The notes under the pieces are model-generated. The model saw nothing but the letters and a program-made list of their open reading frames with translations, was not told the origin of the DNA and did no database searches. Positions 45,162 to 62,519 of a stretch of DNA of 64,000 nt are shown here, in pieces. Made by a program: the position numbers and the translations under genes. Positions within the stretch are counted from its first letter, which is position 1. Every line of letters begins with the position of its first letter. The stretch lies in the NCBI RefSeq assembly GCF_009914755.1, contig NC_060926.1; one strand, 5' to 3'. The stretch comes from the human T2T-CHM13v2.0 reference genome, Homo sapiens.

Positions 45162-46210
45162 GTGTATTAGTTTCCTGGGAATGCCATAACAAACTGTCAC
45201 AAACTGGTTGGCTCAAACAACAGAAAGTTATTGTCTCACAGTTCTAGAGCCTAGACCTTTGAAATCTAGGTGTTGGCAGGGCTGTGATCCCTCTGCAGGT
45301 ACTTGGTGAGGATCTGTTCAGGTGGCCATGATCCCTCTGCAGGTACTTGGTGAGGATCTGTTGAGGTCTCTCTTGCAGCTCCTGGTAGCCTCAGGCATCC
45401 TTGTCTTGTAGATGGCTGTCTTCTCCCTGTGTCTCTTCACATCATCTTCCATCTGTGCATGTATCTGTCTGTCCTCGGGTCCAAATTTTTCCTTTTTATA
45501 AAGACAACAGTCATATTGGATCAGGACCCACTCTAATTGTTACCAGAAAAAGGGGTCTTCATCCAGACTCCAAGAGAGGGTTCTTGGATCTCAGGCAGGA
45601 AGGAATTCAAGATGAGCCACAGAGCACAGTAAAAGAAGCAAGCTTATTAGAAATGACTACATTACAGACTAGGGTGTCCTCACAAAACAAGCAGAGGAAT
45701 GCACTGTCTTTAAGTTATTTTTCTTATATAGGGGTCTTGTCTACATAAAGACGAAACTAAACCATGACTACGTGAAGGTGAGCAGACAGCATGACAAAAT
45801 GTATCATCCTATTGATTTCAAGAAAACGATCCTTGACATTTTTTTGTGTGTGAGTACATCAAAACATAACTATTATTATCTTGAAAGGATATGTTGTTTT
45901 GGGTGTTGGGACATCTGGACTTTCTGTTGTTGTAGGAGTTTGTCCTTGCAGGCATTACCAAGCTGCTTCCTCAGCTGTAAACATCTTAGCACCATGGGTT
46001 GTGACTGGCAAGGAATGTGCCTTGCTAGGTTTAAGATGGAGTTGATTTTAAAATGATATCACTGTGGCTCTCCTGGGCTCCTGCTTCCCTAACATCATGA
46101 CCTCTTTTTAACTTGATTACCTCTGTTAAAGACGCAAATAAATTCCCATTCTGAGGTACGGTGGGTCAGGACTTCAACCTATCTTTTCCTGGGGTGTACG
46201 GTTCTACCCA
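45162..46210 (-). mobile_element. MLT1-type LTR split by a nested ERV1 LTR
   Basis: TGTATTAGTTTCCT terminus; the host reads through as CACTCTAAT|GACCTC across the insertion. Confidence 0.8.
45538..46094 (-). mobile_element. MER41-family (ERV1) solo LTR
   Basis: TG...CA termini (TGTTACC...CCCTAACA); CCAAGAGAGGGTTCTTGGATCTC motif; 4-bp TSD TAAT/TCAT. Subfamily uncertain. Confidence 0.75.
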
Positions 46211-46920
46211 TAGCAAATGCTTATGTGTCAAGAAGTCTGAAGGCAGAAGTCTCAGGGCTGGTGTGGCAGCTATAGGATGCCGTCAAAGATGCAGGCTCCT
46301 TTTAGTTTTCTTCTCCACCATCCTTCATTTTGGGGAGGATTCTTTTTCTCCACTTCTGCTTTTTTTCCTCCATGAGCGGGGATACCCATTACTGAAATTC
46401 CTATCCTTTCTCCAGGGAAAATGAAGTTTCTTCTCTGTTCAGTAAAGTTAGGGAGGGTGAGCTGGGTGTGCCCGTCTCAGCTCTGACTTCTTTTCCTCTT
46501 GGGAGACAGCTGCCAGCAGCAGGGACATGTGCCCTTCAGTGTTCTCCCTCATGACGTTAGATTTATATGGGAAGGGGCCTTGCCCCTTGAGTGGGCTTCA
46601 ACTTAGAAGTTGGGAGTGTGCAGTTTCAGAAACTTCAACATTTGGTGCATTGGCCAGAAATACTAAGAAATAAAAACCTGAGAGTGGGATGCAGAGGAAA
46701 AAATATTCATATGGAAATTTTTTTGGTAGGGCCAGATGTGTGGCTTAGAGGTTTGTACTGTAGTTGAGGTTTAAAAAGAAGGAATTTTTCTGCAGTTGGC
46801 TTTTAATTCTGTGATCCAGGTGACAGGTTTTCAGCTGCCTACATAGTGTTTGGCTCTTAATGTGACTGTAGCTTATGGAAGTTTTGTCCATAGGTGAGTG
46901 ACTATCTCCATAAAGCAGTG

Positions 46921-47240
46921 CTCCTTCCTTCCTTCCTTCCTTCCTTCCTTCCTTCCTTCCTTCCTTCCTTCCTTCCTTCCTTCCTTCCCTCCCCTCTCCT
47001 CCTCTCTTTCTTTTTTCTTCCTTTCTTTCTTTTTCTTTCTTTCTCTCTTTCTTTCTTCTCCCTCTCTTTCTTTCTTTCTTTTCTTTCTCTCTGAGATAGG
47101 GTCTCACTCTGCCACACAGGTGGGAGTGTAGTGGCACAAGCATAGCTCACTGCAGCCTCAACACCCTCTAGGCTCAAGTGATCCTCCCGCTTCGGCCTTC
47201 CAAAGTACTGGGATTAAAGGCTTGAGCCACTGAGCCCTGC
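46921..47240 (-). repeat. (CTTC)n/(CTTT)n tract as the expanded tail of an Alu monomer (about 47091-47240)
   Basis: Read directly. Confidence 0.9.
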
Positions 47241-47865
47241 CTTGTTTTCAAACTTGAATGTGAATAGAATCACCCAAAGGCCTTGTTAAAACACAGATTT
47301 CTAGGTCCTATCTTTTTCTTCTCTTTCCGCTGAGGGATTATTCTGAAGCCGGTGAGTCCTACCTGGCAGATATCCTGTGTGGCCGAGTAACAGCAATGCT
47401 TGCTTGTGAAGCTGTGGCCAACTTGATTGTATACCAGCTTGGGTTTGCTTCCCCTCCTCACCTCCCTCACTTCTCACTTCCCTCCCTCTTGCTGACCTGG
47501 GGCTTGTCCCTCTCAGGAAAGCACCAGCACAGAAGCTTTGCCTCCCATGCTTTCTGCTAGGAAACCTGGGCTAAGGAAGGGCTGAAAGGGAAATGAATCT
47601 GAAATAAAATAACATTAAAAAAAAAGAAATTAAAGGGTTATATGTAGACGCATTCTCCTCAAATAAATGGCAAGTGCATAGTCCCCAAGTTAACCTTATG
47701 CTAGGATATCTTCTGGCTGATTGTAAGTTCAAAATTTATGGACTTTAATGGTTTCTGGACAACTGGAATAATCCAGCACTCTGGTGAGGCCAAAACCAAG
47801 GAAACGGTCTCACAGTCTCTATCTCTGTCTTCCAGTCAGTTACTTCTGAGTGTCTGCTGGGGTCT

Positions 47866-48161
47866 TTTTTTCTTTTTTGAGACAGGGTCTCACTCTGTTA
47901 CCCAGGCTGGAGGGCAGTGACACGATCACAGCTCAGTGCAGCCTCAAACTCCTGGGCTCAAACGATCCTCCCGCCCTAGCCTCCCAAGTACCTGGGACCA
48001 CAGGCATGAGCCACCTCACTCAGCTAATTTTTAAAAAAATTTTATTGAGATGGGATCTCTCTATGTTGCCCAGGCTGGTCTTGAACTCCTGGGCTCAAGC
48101 GATCTGCCTGGCTCAGCCTCCCAAAGTGCTGGGGTTACAGGCATGAGCCACCGTGCCCAGC
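47866..48161 (-). mobile_element. AluJ-like
   Basis: Antisense Alu. Confidence 0.9.
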
Positions 48162-49539
48162 TTCTCTCATACTTGTTATTTCAAAAATGGCTGCCACAAT
48201 TCCAGTCATTACATCCTCAATCAAGGCAGGACAAAGAGAGGAAAGGGTGGTCCCAGCACAACCTTCCTTCACACTTAACCCTATTATCGGGCAAGCGGCA
48301 TCTTTCTCACTCCAGCCATCCCCTTAGACTTTCCTTATGTCTCTTTGGTTGGAATTAAGTTATTTAGTCACCTTTGTCTGCAGTGAAGGCTGGGAAAGTG
48401 AGTGCCAGGCTTCTCACCTCTACAGTGTAGAAGACAAAACAGGAACAGACTGGGATTGGTTGCTGGGTTATCCAACCAACAGTGTCTGCCATATGAACAT
48501 TATATGATTTATATGATTATTTACCTTGCTTTGAGTGAATATATGCATAATGTTTCCTGGGATGGTCACTTCATATCTAAATAGCTCAAAATGCTATTCT
48601 ATTTCATGTGTATGTGTTTTCAGATTGCATTTTACCTACTTGATTAGTCTGTGTATGCAGTAGGCAAGACTCTCAGTGTTGTCCTTGCTCTAGAGCCCAT
48701 GCCCTTCAAGGCAAACCCTGGCCCTAGGCATCCCAGATATATGGTGGATGTCCCAGATGTTCTGTGCCAGATACAGCTGATATTCTCCCAGAAGATTGGA
48801 GAGTTCCACCTCATGCGGAGAGAGTGAAATAGATGTGAAGTGGAAGTCAGTTGCACTACATGAACTTCATTTGTGGCTCTGTCCTTTTCCTTGTAATGAG
48901 TCTCTGGGAAGCTGCCAATCTCTCTACATGCCTTGCTGTAATATGGGCACAAGAACATCTATCTGCCAGGCCATACAACTAGTTCTTAGTAAGGGGTGAT
49001 GCTGATCTGTCTGAGAGCATCTTCTACTGCAGCTTTGATTACTCAGGGGAGCTGGATAGTTTCTGTTAATTTTCGACTTTAAAGATATAATCTTCATCTC
49101 TCCACCTCCTGTCTGTCTGCTATAGCTTCCCAGGACCATTCCAGCCTTCATTGCTTCCCTTTCTCCTTTAGTTTCCATAGAACATATGGTCTACTTCACA
49201 ATTTTAGCCTACAAACTCACACTGTCTTGGATTGTTAGTTCATCCTCTCATGGTTTGAGTCTCACATCCCCAACCAGTCTGTCTGATGTCCTATCTGAGG
49301 GCTGTTCCACAGATTCCTTTTTTCCTGAGCCTCCAACTGTTGATACAATATCAGCACTCAGTAGACAGCTGTTGAATAGAATCTGCAATGTCCCAAAGAT
49401 TAGAAAGAGAAACACCCGTGACTTCTAAGCCTGTGCCATGCTAAATGGCCACCGGAGCTCAGCAATCCTCTTCTTACTCTGTTGTCTTCTAATTAAGAAG
49501 GATGGTGGAATTTTAGGGTGTAGGCCTGGATATATAGAA

Positions 49540-49866
<327 letters not shown>

Positions 49867-50660
49867 CCGCCACCCTGCTCTGTTCATACAGCCCCAAACT
49901 TGCTGTTAGTGTCCCACAAGGGTTCATAGCTTGGACTCCATGACCTCCTTGGCATACTCCTGAGTCTGTTATATCATTCAGAAGTCATGGCTTTTAGCAA
50001 AAGAGCCCTTGTCAAGACTGAACACCTTATGGGCATGGGCTCAGCTGGGGATACGGGGACTGAAATTCGGATTTTCCCATTGCGGCAGTGACAACCAGGA
50101 ACACCAACTCTGGACCAGGTGGGGGATCAGGCTTCTCCTCTGGGTCTACAGCCACCAAGATCTCTAACCCTGGGAATTTCACTTAGTTTCTCCAAGTCAC
50201 AGTTTTATCACATTACAGAAGCTGAGAATTGAAGGCTTATTTTCTAGAGAGGTGTGTGTAGTGTTGAGAGCACTGGACTGAGAACCAGGAGAGATTACTA
50301 GACCTCCTGAGCCTTGGGTTCTGCATCTATAGAGTGAGGGGACAGGAATGTATAAACTAAGATTTCTTCTCACTCTAAATCGTGGAATTGTAGATTTGTG
50401 ATTTACTAGGGGTCACAGCATGAGGTAGTTGGTTGCTAAATCTGCTTTTCCTGGTCCCCTTTCTAGATTCGAGTCTTATTGCTTGAGATTGGAATGTGTT
50501 TATTGTCTTTGACTCCTTAGCTCTGTTCTCCTCTTGACTCTGTGGGGTTGGGCTATGGGATGTTGAGTGTTTCAAGACTTTTTCAAACCTTTGGGACATT
50601 GTTTATAGCACTGTGCACTTTGGAGAGAGCTTTTACGTATATTATCTCGCCAAAACTTGA

Positions 50661-50986
<326 letters not shown>

Positions 50987-51523
50987 TAAGAGCCAAGTAT
51001 TTCTAGCCATTTTCCAGATGGGAAATTGACTCTTGGAGAAGGACCCAAGGTCCCAAGTCTGCTGACTTAGGGGCAGAGCTGGGCAAGAATCTAGGTCACC
51101 TTAATTCCAGCCAAAGGATATTTACTTATAACATTGAGGGGGTATTGGGAGAAGACAGTGTGGCTCAGTGTGGGGAACGGAATGGGAAACAAAGGACACT
51201 TGAATTCAGGCTCAAAGGAGAAGGGAGGAAGAGGTGGTTGCCCTGCCCTGGCTTCTTTTCACTCCCACCAAGCCAGGCTTAATGCCTCTGTTTCTTTCAA
51301 TCAGAGAAGCCTGATTTTTTTTTTAAACTCTGGAAGCAGTACATGGTCATCACAAATGATTTAATCTGAAAAGAAGGGGAGAGAGTAAGAAGAAAGATTC
51401 CTCTGCTCTGGCCCATCTCACGCACCCTCTTGGAATGTCTCGAGTGTGTCTGCATAGAGTTGCCATCCTTTCCATAGTCCCCGGCACGGCCGAGGCACAG
51501 TCTATCCCACATAGCCTCTATTT

Positions 51524-51946
<423 letters not shown>

Positions 51947-54900
51947 TAATAGTGTACAAGTAGATGCTCCCTGCCAGAAGCAGGGCTTCTCTGAGTTGGA
52001 GCACAAGGCTTAGGTGTGAAAGCCTAGAAAATGCTTCCTATGCCCTTTCTTCTGAGAGGCTAGTTGAGTCTACAGAGCCTACCCACTCCCCTTCCTCCCA
52101 CAGATCCAGGCAGAGAAGCTAGGACAGGGGAGGTTGACTAGAAGGATGGCCAAGCCTGCTCTGCTCACTGCATGGAGGCAGAGAGTGAAAGCGAATGGAG
52201 CCTAAACTCTCACCTTTCATAAAATATAATTGCTCTGCCCACCAGTAAAACACTGCTCAGGAAACACAGTCTTGGCTTTGAGCATCTCTTCCAAGCTGAG
52301 AGAGGACTGGTAATGTGGTGTTTATTCCCCAAGAGGCAAAGATGGGCATACAAGGAAAGTGGGAGAAAGGTCCCTGCCTTACACATAACAGAATTTTCCC
52401 CTTTTAAAATGACCGCTTTTATTTCGGGCACAGTCCTCCCAACCTCCCCACTTAAACATGCAAATACTCTATGAGGATATATTGATACCTGCTATGCTAG
52501 AAATTGGGAATCAGAGACAATAAAGACACACCATCCAGAACGGAAGACAGCCGCCTAACAGTTGAAATGAAGTGCTCTGATAACAATGACAATAGCTAAG
52601 TGTTCAGGGAACACTTACTAGGTACAGGTATTACACCCAGCACACCACAGGCTTCATCTTGTTCAATCCTCACAATAATCCTATAAGGTAACTTTAGTAT
52701 TACCAGTTTTCAGATGAGGGAACTTAAGTTTAGAGAGGCTAAGTAGCTTGCTCAAGGTCACTCAGTTAGCAAGAGGCAGGGTTGGGAGTTGCAGCAAGTG
52801 TTCTGCCTAAAGTGTCCGTGTGTAACCACTGCGTGATATTCCTACGGTCGAGGACAACATGGGGTGCCCTAGGAGCCCAGAGAATGGCAGTTACTGGAGG
52901 CAGAGGTCAGGGGGATCACAGAGAAGCTCACACATCGCTCTGTGAATGCTTGAGGACCTATTAGGGAGCAGCCCATTAAATGGGGAAAAGAAAGAGGGAG
53001 CATTAGTAGGTCAGGTCTGCACAGGACACCTCAGCAGGGGAGGGAGGAGAGGAGGAGGCTGAAAGGGGTGAGAGGAGTATGGAAAGGGGTGACGTGAAGG
53101 CTGAAGTTCACAAGGATATGTGAGCAAGCTTGTTCACCTCCATGTTAATCTGGAAGTGTTAAATAGTGACCACTATTGAGGCTCGTTGACATAAAAATAT
53201 TTATCTCTGAGGAGAACACAAATGAAAATATCTAAGAGAGGAGGGAGGGGAGACATCAGGGCATCAGGAGCCGGAATCTCAACCATCTGGAATCCTACTG
53301 AGATTTGGCGGCCCATTCCAGAGTCTCAGGTATCTTGCCAAAATCTTTTTTAAAGGAGAAAAAAACAATAATGTTGCCTTCTAGAATAATGCACCAGAAA
53401 CGCCTCACGTTGGCATTTACAGACGTCCTGCCAATGCCCGGAGAGCATATAATGGACGGATAGCAAAGGCAGCGAGGGGGAGAAAAAGCAGCAGAGTGAT
53501 TGAGCTGTGCCTCCTTGGGTTTTTATTATCGTTGCTGCCTTCAGCCATATGCTTTTCAAAGGCTCTGACAAGCTTGGAATGGTTTCAAAGGAATTCCTAA
53601 ACCCAGATTTCATTATCGTCATTACATCTCCGGATTGTCAGTGCTCTGCATAGGAAACACAAATTTATGAAAGTTCTTAAATGTTTCTCCGTAAATGTTG
53701 ATCACCCTCTCCTGTCATTACATGAGATGTCTGGGATGTTGACATAGAGGCTAATAAATAGCATTTCTCTTCCTTGAAATAGGATGTCTTGCCACTTGAG
53801 TGGGTTCCAGAAGCTGCATAAAAAAGGGAATAAAATGGTTGCTTTTTCCTTTTTCATCTATTTGGTTGTTCGTTACCACCCCCACCCTCACTGCCACTTT
53901 TAAAAACAGAATGAAAACAGACTCAATCTGCTGAGAATGCCTGTTTTTAAGTACACCGTGGACCCTGTTTGTGCTGCAGCTGACATCCAAGGCATTTATC
54001 ACTCTGCCACTCACCACTGGATAGCCTATTTGGTTGTGACTTTCCATGCATCTCAGGTCTTTTGCCATCATTTTGCTTGTCCCCTTCCACATACCAACCT
54101 TGCTCAATTTCACAAACAGAAAAACTAAGCCAGAGGCTGACGAGTCAGGTGGGTGATGAGTCAGGAGCAGAGCCTGGGAGACCCTAGGACCAAATGGGGC
54201 TCTGGAACGCTGCAGCATCCCTGACCCCATCTTCATCTCAAAGGAGAACATGCTTCTTTGCAAGAATGATGGCATCATACTAAGGGTTCTGGAGAACTAA
54301 AAGTCATAAGTACACTGGGTGCTTTGTTAAAACCTGTGTAAAGGGAGCAAAGGGATATATCCTGTGAAAATGCAGAAGTTTTCCATTTGAGAGAAGTTCT
54401 TGGATGGATGGAATATGCAGAGATCTGGGAAATGTTGGGATATTCCACCCGAGATGAAAGGCAAGTTGCTTCACCTTGTGCCTTGTCATTAAGAAAATTA
54501 ATGTTTCAAGGACACTCTTGGATACTGGAGGCAGAATCATAACACATTTAAATGTCTGCTCCAAAAACTTGCTTTATTCATGGGATAACGTGAACAGCTC
54601 CCTAAAAGTCATGTTCAGCACTTTGAAATGAAAGCATGGGACCATTAATATATTTTTCTCGAGCACATATTGCATACCAGACATTGTTCTAAGTACTTTA
54701 TGTGTATCACCTCATTTGATCCTCACAAGGGCACACAGGTAACGTGGCAGTTAGAATTTGAAGCCATGTATCTCCCAAATTCATTGGTCTTAACCACCAT
54801 GCTTTACTATTTTCATTTTCAGAGCCATCAGTTGATCTTGGAGATTGCAATTTCCAAGCGATGCCCATTTCTCATCTAGTCTATCATAATTTCATTTTCT

Positions 54901-56350
54901 TCAACCTATGGAATGAATTATAAATTTAACTACCACCTACACACCCACTTACAATAGTGAAAAGTGAGAACAAGTAAGAGGAAAAAATTTACCACAACTT
55001 GTATTTTAAAGGAAAGAAAAAGGGGAAAGTATTCATTCTTCAAATACTCTAGAAGCAGTACAGGAATATGCAATTGATTATGAATATGGTAATCCACACA
55101 AATGAATTTTGTCTTTTTTTTCTCTGTCACTACCACAATTGGGGAAATATATAACCTCCAGGATTTGGGGATGATTCCAACAACCATTAATTTTAAAAAC
55201 AATATTTATTCAGAATTTTTTTTCAGAATTATAATTTCAGATAAAGTAATCCTTTTTGTTCATTTCTCACATGGCCTTGAGGACTTTAGAGTCATGATAT
55301 AATTCTTCCTGTGGCTACACTTACATCCTACTTATGTAAGAAAACACCTTGCTCCCAGCTGTAACATTCCTCCCCAATTTCTCCTTTCACTGTTCAGTAA
55401 ATAAGGGTTTCTGAAGTCAAATTTTCATGGCTCATTCTGTGGGACTCCCAAGTGTGGTAGAACAAAATGTTACTATCATTTTTAACCCTTCACTTCACTC
55501 TAAGGGTGGTGGTGTCTTTTGTTTGCTGACTTCAAATAAAGCCATTGTTCTTAGTATAATAACCTTGTACGTTCCTTTTTAAATTATGAAATCTTAGCAC
55601 ACTTTGTACATTCTTGAGGGTAGAATTTAATGGTGGTCTTGTCACCTCTGTAGATTGGAAAAAAGAATTTAATTCTGGGGTGGGAAAGGGATATACATTT
55701 TAGATGTAGAAGCTAGAAGAAAGCAAAATTACTGTGTTTAAGGAAAAATGAACTATAAAATAGAAATAATAACAGTTCAAGATATAGGATTGTTTTGAGT
55801 GCTAAATGAGATGACTTAAAGTGCCTGGGCAGAGTTCTCGGTACATAGCAAGAGCCGAACCAATGTGAAAATGTTTTGTACTGCTATCGTTGTTGTTACT
55901 ATTGTTATATAAGCTTTTCTTGAAAAAAATATGCTAATAATAGAAATAGAATCAAGAAGAGAATCAAAATAAGAACTAGAAATGATATTTGTAAGGGTTA
56001 TTTGCAGTGCCAATTTAAACATAGAACTAGAAATAAATACTAAAGAAACAAGGTTACAAAATGAAATGTCTATGTTATAAACCTTGACAATGGAAAATAA
56101 AATGTACAAAAAGTCAGAACACAGGAGGAAGTATTATAATGATAATTTGTTTTAGGTGTGTCTCTAGAATACAGCATATAGTTAGGTTTTGCTTTGTTTG
56201 CTTTGTGACCCAATCTGAAGATCTTTTTGTCTTGATACAAAAAGATTTTTACTTAATAAAAATCTTGCTCATTTACATTAATTAATATTACTTGTTTGGC
56301 TCTGTTTCAGTAATATATTGCTTTATACTGTCTCTCTCTCTCTCTGTGTC

Positions 56351-56917
<567 letters not shown>

Positions 56918-57129
56918 TAATTGTAGATTCACATGTACTTGTAAGAAATAATACAGAGAGCCTATGAACTCAGTTTTCCCTGGTGGTAATGTTTTACAAA
57001 GCTATAATACAATATTATTAGCAAGATATTGTCATGAATATAAACATCTATTTTAATCAAATTTCCCTAGTTGTTTGCTTTGTTTTGAGTGTGTGTTTCT
57101 TCCAATAATTTGGAAGATTTCTATTTTTA

Positions 57130-57980
57130 AATCAACACATAGTAATCATACATATTTATGGGGTACAGTGTGACATTTTAATACGTGTATACAATGTGTA
57201 ATGATCAAATCAGGGTAATTAGTATTACACCCATCACCTCCAACTTTCATCATGTCTTTGTGTTGATAACATTCAAAATTTTCTCTTCTAGCTATTGGAA
57301 AAAATACGTAAGTGTTTATTTACTGTAGTTACCCCACAGTGCTATAGAACACTAGAAGTATTTCTCCTATAAAGCTGTGATTTTGTATCCATTACCCAAG
57401 CTTTCCTTTTGTCCCCTCCCCCAGTCCTTCCCAGGTTCTAGTAACCATTATTCTACTCTCTGCTTCTATGAGAACAACTTTTTTAGCTTTCACATATCAG
57501 TGAGAACATATGGCATTTATCTTTCTGTGCCTGATTTATTTTACTCAATGTCCTCCAGGCTCATTAATATTGCTGTGAATGACAGGACTTCATTCCTTTT
57601 TATGGCTCAGTAATATTCCACTGATTATATGTACCACATTTACTTTATACATTCATCTATTGATGGACACTTAGGTTGATTCCATACTGTGGTTATTATG
57701 AATGTTGCTGCAATAGACATGGGAGTGCAGATATCTCTTCAACATACTGACTTCATTTCCTTTGGATATATACCTAGTAGTGGGATTCCTGGATCACATG
57801 ATAGTTCTATTTTTAATTTTTTCGGGAACCTCCATAATGTTTTCCATAGTGGTTGTACTGATTTACATTCCCACCAATAGTGTATAACAGTTCCCTTTTC
57901 TCTGCCTCCTTGCCTGAATTTGTTTTTGTTTATGTGTTTTCTGTCTTTTTGATAATAGCCACTCTAACTAGGATGAGATG
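57130..57980 (-). mobile_element. L1MA 3' end
   Basis: Antisense L1 3'UTR and ORF2 end. Confidence 0.88.
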
Positions 57981-58387
57981 ATAGATTTCTATTCTTTATT
58001 TTAGCTTTTAGCTTTGTAATTTTATGTAACTACCTTAATCCTCTATTTCTTTAGAGAGAGTCTATTAATTACCCACTATGAGCAATGGTGAAATTGGAAT
58101 ATTTCTACTTCCTTCTCCTTTTCTCTACTCTCCCTTTTCCCCCACCTAATATTAATTGATAGTCTTATTTGCTTAGAATTTAACTTAGTATTGCTAAGTA
58201 TACTTCCTTCTCCCGTTTGATTTGACAGCTTTGTAGCCTAAACTATTAAAGATGAAGAAACACATTTATACCACAACATGTTTGTAGTTTATGTTACTTT
58301 TGTTCTCTCTTCCCATCTGAATTTTTGTCAGTTATATCAGTTTTAGGTCATCCATAATCTGTTCTTACATCATAGTCACTGCATGAG

Positions 58388-58743
58388 TGATATGGTTTGG
58401 CTGTGTCCCCACCTGAATCTCAACTTGAATTGTATCTCCCAGATTTCCCACGTTTTATGGAAGGGGCTCAGGGGGAAGTAACTGAATCATAGGGGCTGGT
58501 CTTTCCCCCATGCTATTCTTGTGATAGTGAATGAGTCTCATGAGATCTGATGGGTTTATCAGGGGTTTCTGCTTTCGCCTCTTCCTCATTTTCTCTTGCC
58601 GCCACCATGTAAGAAGTGCTTTTGGCCTCCCACCATGATTCTAAGGCCTACCCAGCCATGTGGAATTGTAAGTCCAATTAAACCTCTTTTTGTTCCCAAT
58701 TTTGGATATGCCTTTATCAGTGGCATGAAAACGAACTAATACA
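58388..58743 (+). mobile_element. THE1 (A-like) solo LTR with 5-bp TSD ATGAG
   Basis: TGATATGGTTTGGCTGTGTCCCCACC...ACTAATACA; ATGAG at 58383-58387 and 58744-58748. Confidence 0.95.
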
Positions 58744-59099
58744 ATGAGTTTTGTCTTGGTCTCCGTAATATAAATTTAGTGCTCTCTGCCAGTTCTTTAG
58801 TTGCAATTTTTCCAGTCACTTCTTGGTAGGCCTAAGTTTATCCTCTAATGGATTCCTCCATTCAAATCATTGGAATTCTCAGAATTCTTTTAGGTTCAAA
58901 GTTGTTCATCTGTTGTCTGTGTACTTGAATGACAGCTTGACTTGGAATAAAAGATCATACCTATTTTGCTTAAGGATTATGTTATTCTTTCTTCACTGTC
59001 TTAACAGAACTTTTTAAGTTGTAGTGAAGTCATTATTTTTAATGACAATAAAGTTCATATTCTCAAATAAAGAGGGAGAATAGATGAGGAGAGAAAGCC

Positions 59100-61384
<2,285 letters not shown>

Positions 61385-61385
<1 letters not shown>

Positions 61386-61530
61386 GGATTTTTTTTGTTT
61401 TTTTGTAAAGGACCAGATAGTAAATATTTTTGGTTTTGTGAGTGTCTACCTTAATTACTGAACTGTGCAGTTGTAGCACAAAATCAGTTGTAGACAATAC
61501 ATAAGTGAATATGTGTGGCTGTGTTTTGTG
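61385..61530. mobile_element. MER58-like hAT DNA transposon fragment
   Basis: GTAAAGGACCAGATAGTAAATATTTT...TGTGGCTGTGT. Confidence 0.75.
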
Positions 61531-62519
61531 AGATATATATAAATTAAAGGATACACTTAAAACTCATTAGAATTATTGCCTGTGTCTACACAGGCAGGGT
61601 GGTGGTGTGGGTGGGAAAACAGGCTTTGGGGAATAGGGCTAAAAAAAATAACAAACTCAAGAAATGCCTTGCCCAGAACAAGTATGATAATGGCCAGGAA
61701 CCGATGGGAATGATTAACTCTACATTTGAGGTCCAGAATGTTACAGACCAGCTGTACTGTGTTTTCAACTACTTGTACTCATTTGTCTCTGAGTGCACTG
61801 ATGTTTAATTGGCTGCCCATTTAGCAGTTATAGTCTGATAATTACAGTTTAAACATTATTATAATGTTGTATTTCATCTTTTGGTAATTTTTTTGGTATA
61901 GCTATTTTTGCAAAAGCATTTGTTGTCTATGATTTGTATCTCATTTTAACTACATAATCAATTGATGTAATTGATTTGGCTCCTCCTATTACATTGCAGT
62001 CAAGGAAATATTGCCCAAATATGCATAGCCCTGTGAACAATAAGAAACAAAAATGTTCAGATTTTAAAATTTCATAAAGGCTTAACACCAATCTTAAACT
62101 GTACGTTTATTTATTATACTTATTTACTTTTGTTGTACCCAATGACTAAAATAAGCCCCTATTAAAGACCTTGAAATTGTTCATCAATAGCAAATAAAAT
62201 TTTCCTGAGGATTCTTTTAAAAACAGATTTGGCTTGAGTATTGAAATCTATTTGCTATCCTAGGATAGGGAAAGATATCTCACATGTATAGAGCAAATAC
62301 CACAAGCCAGGTGCTATACATGTGTTATTCCAATTAATTTTCAAAACAGTTTCTAGAGCAGGCAGTATAATCCCACTTAACAGATGGAGAAACTGAGATT
62401 CAGATAAATCAAATAATCTGCCCACGGGCTCATATCCAGTAAGTGGTGATGTTAGAATACAAACTGAATAAACATGAGTTTTAGATCAGTATTCAATGTT
62501 TAAAACATTATAACAGAAC

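Noticed and set aside
46745-47177. Lys/Glu/Arg-rich and PSFL-repeat ORFs (also 29333-29605 and 5315-5776)
   Set aside because: Translations of microsatellites.
53751-54278. 175-aa minus-strand ORF in unique sequence
   Set aside because: No recognisable domain or gene context; the region is better explained as regulatory.
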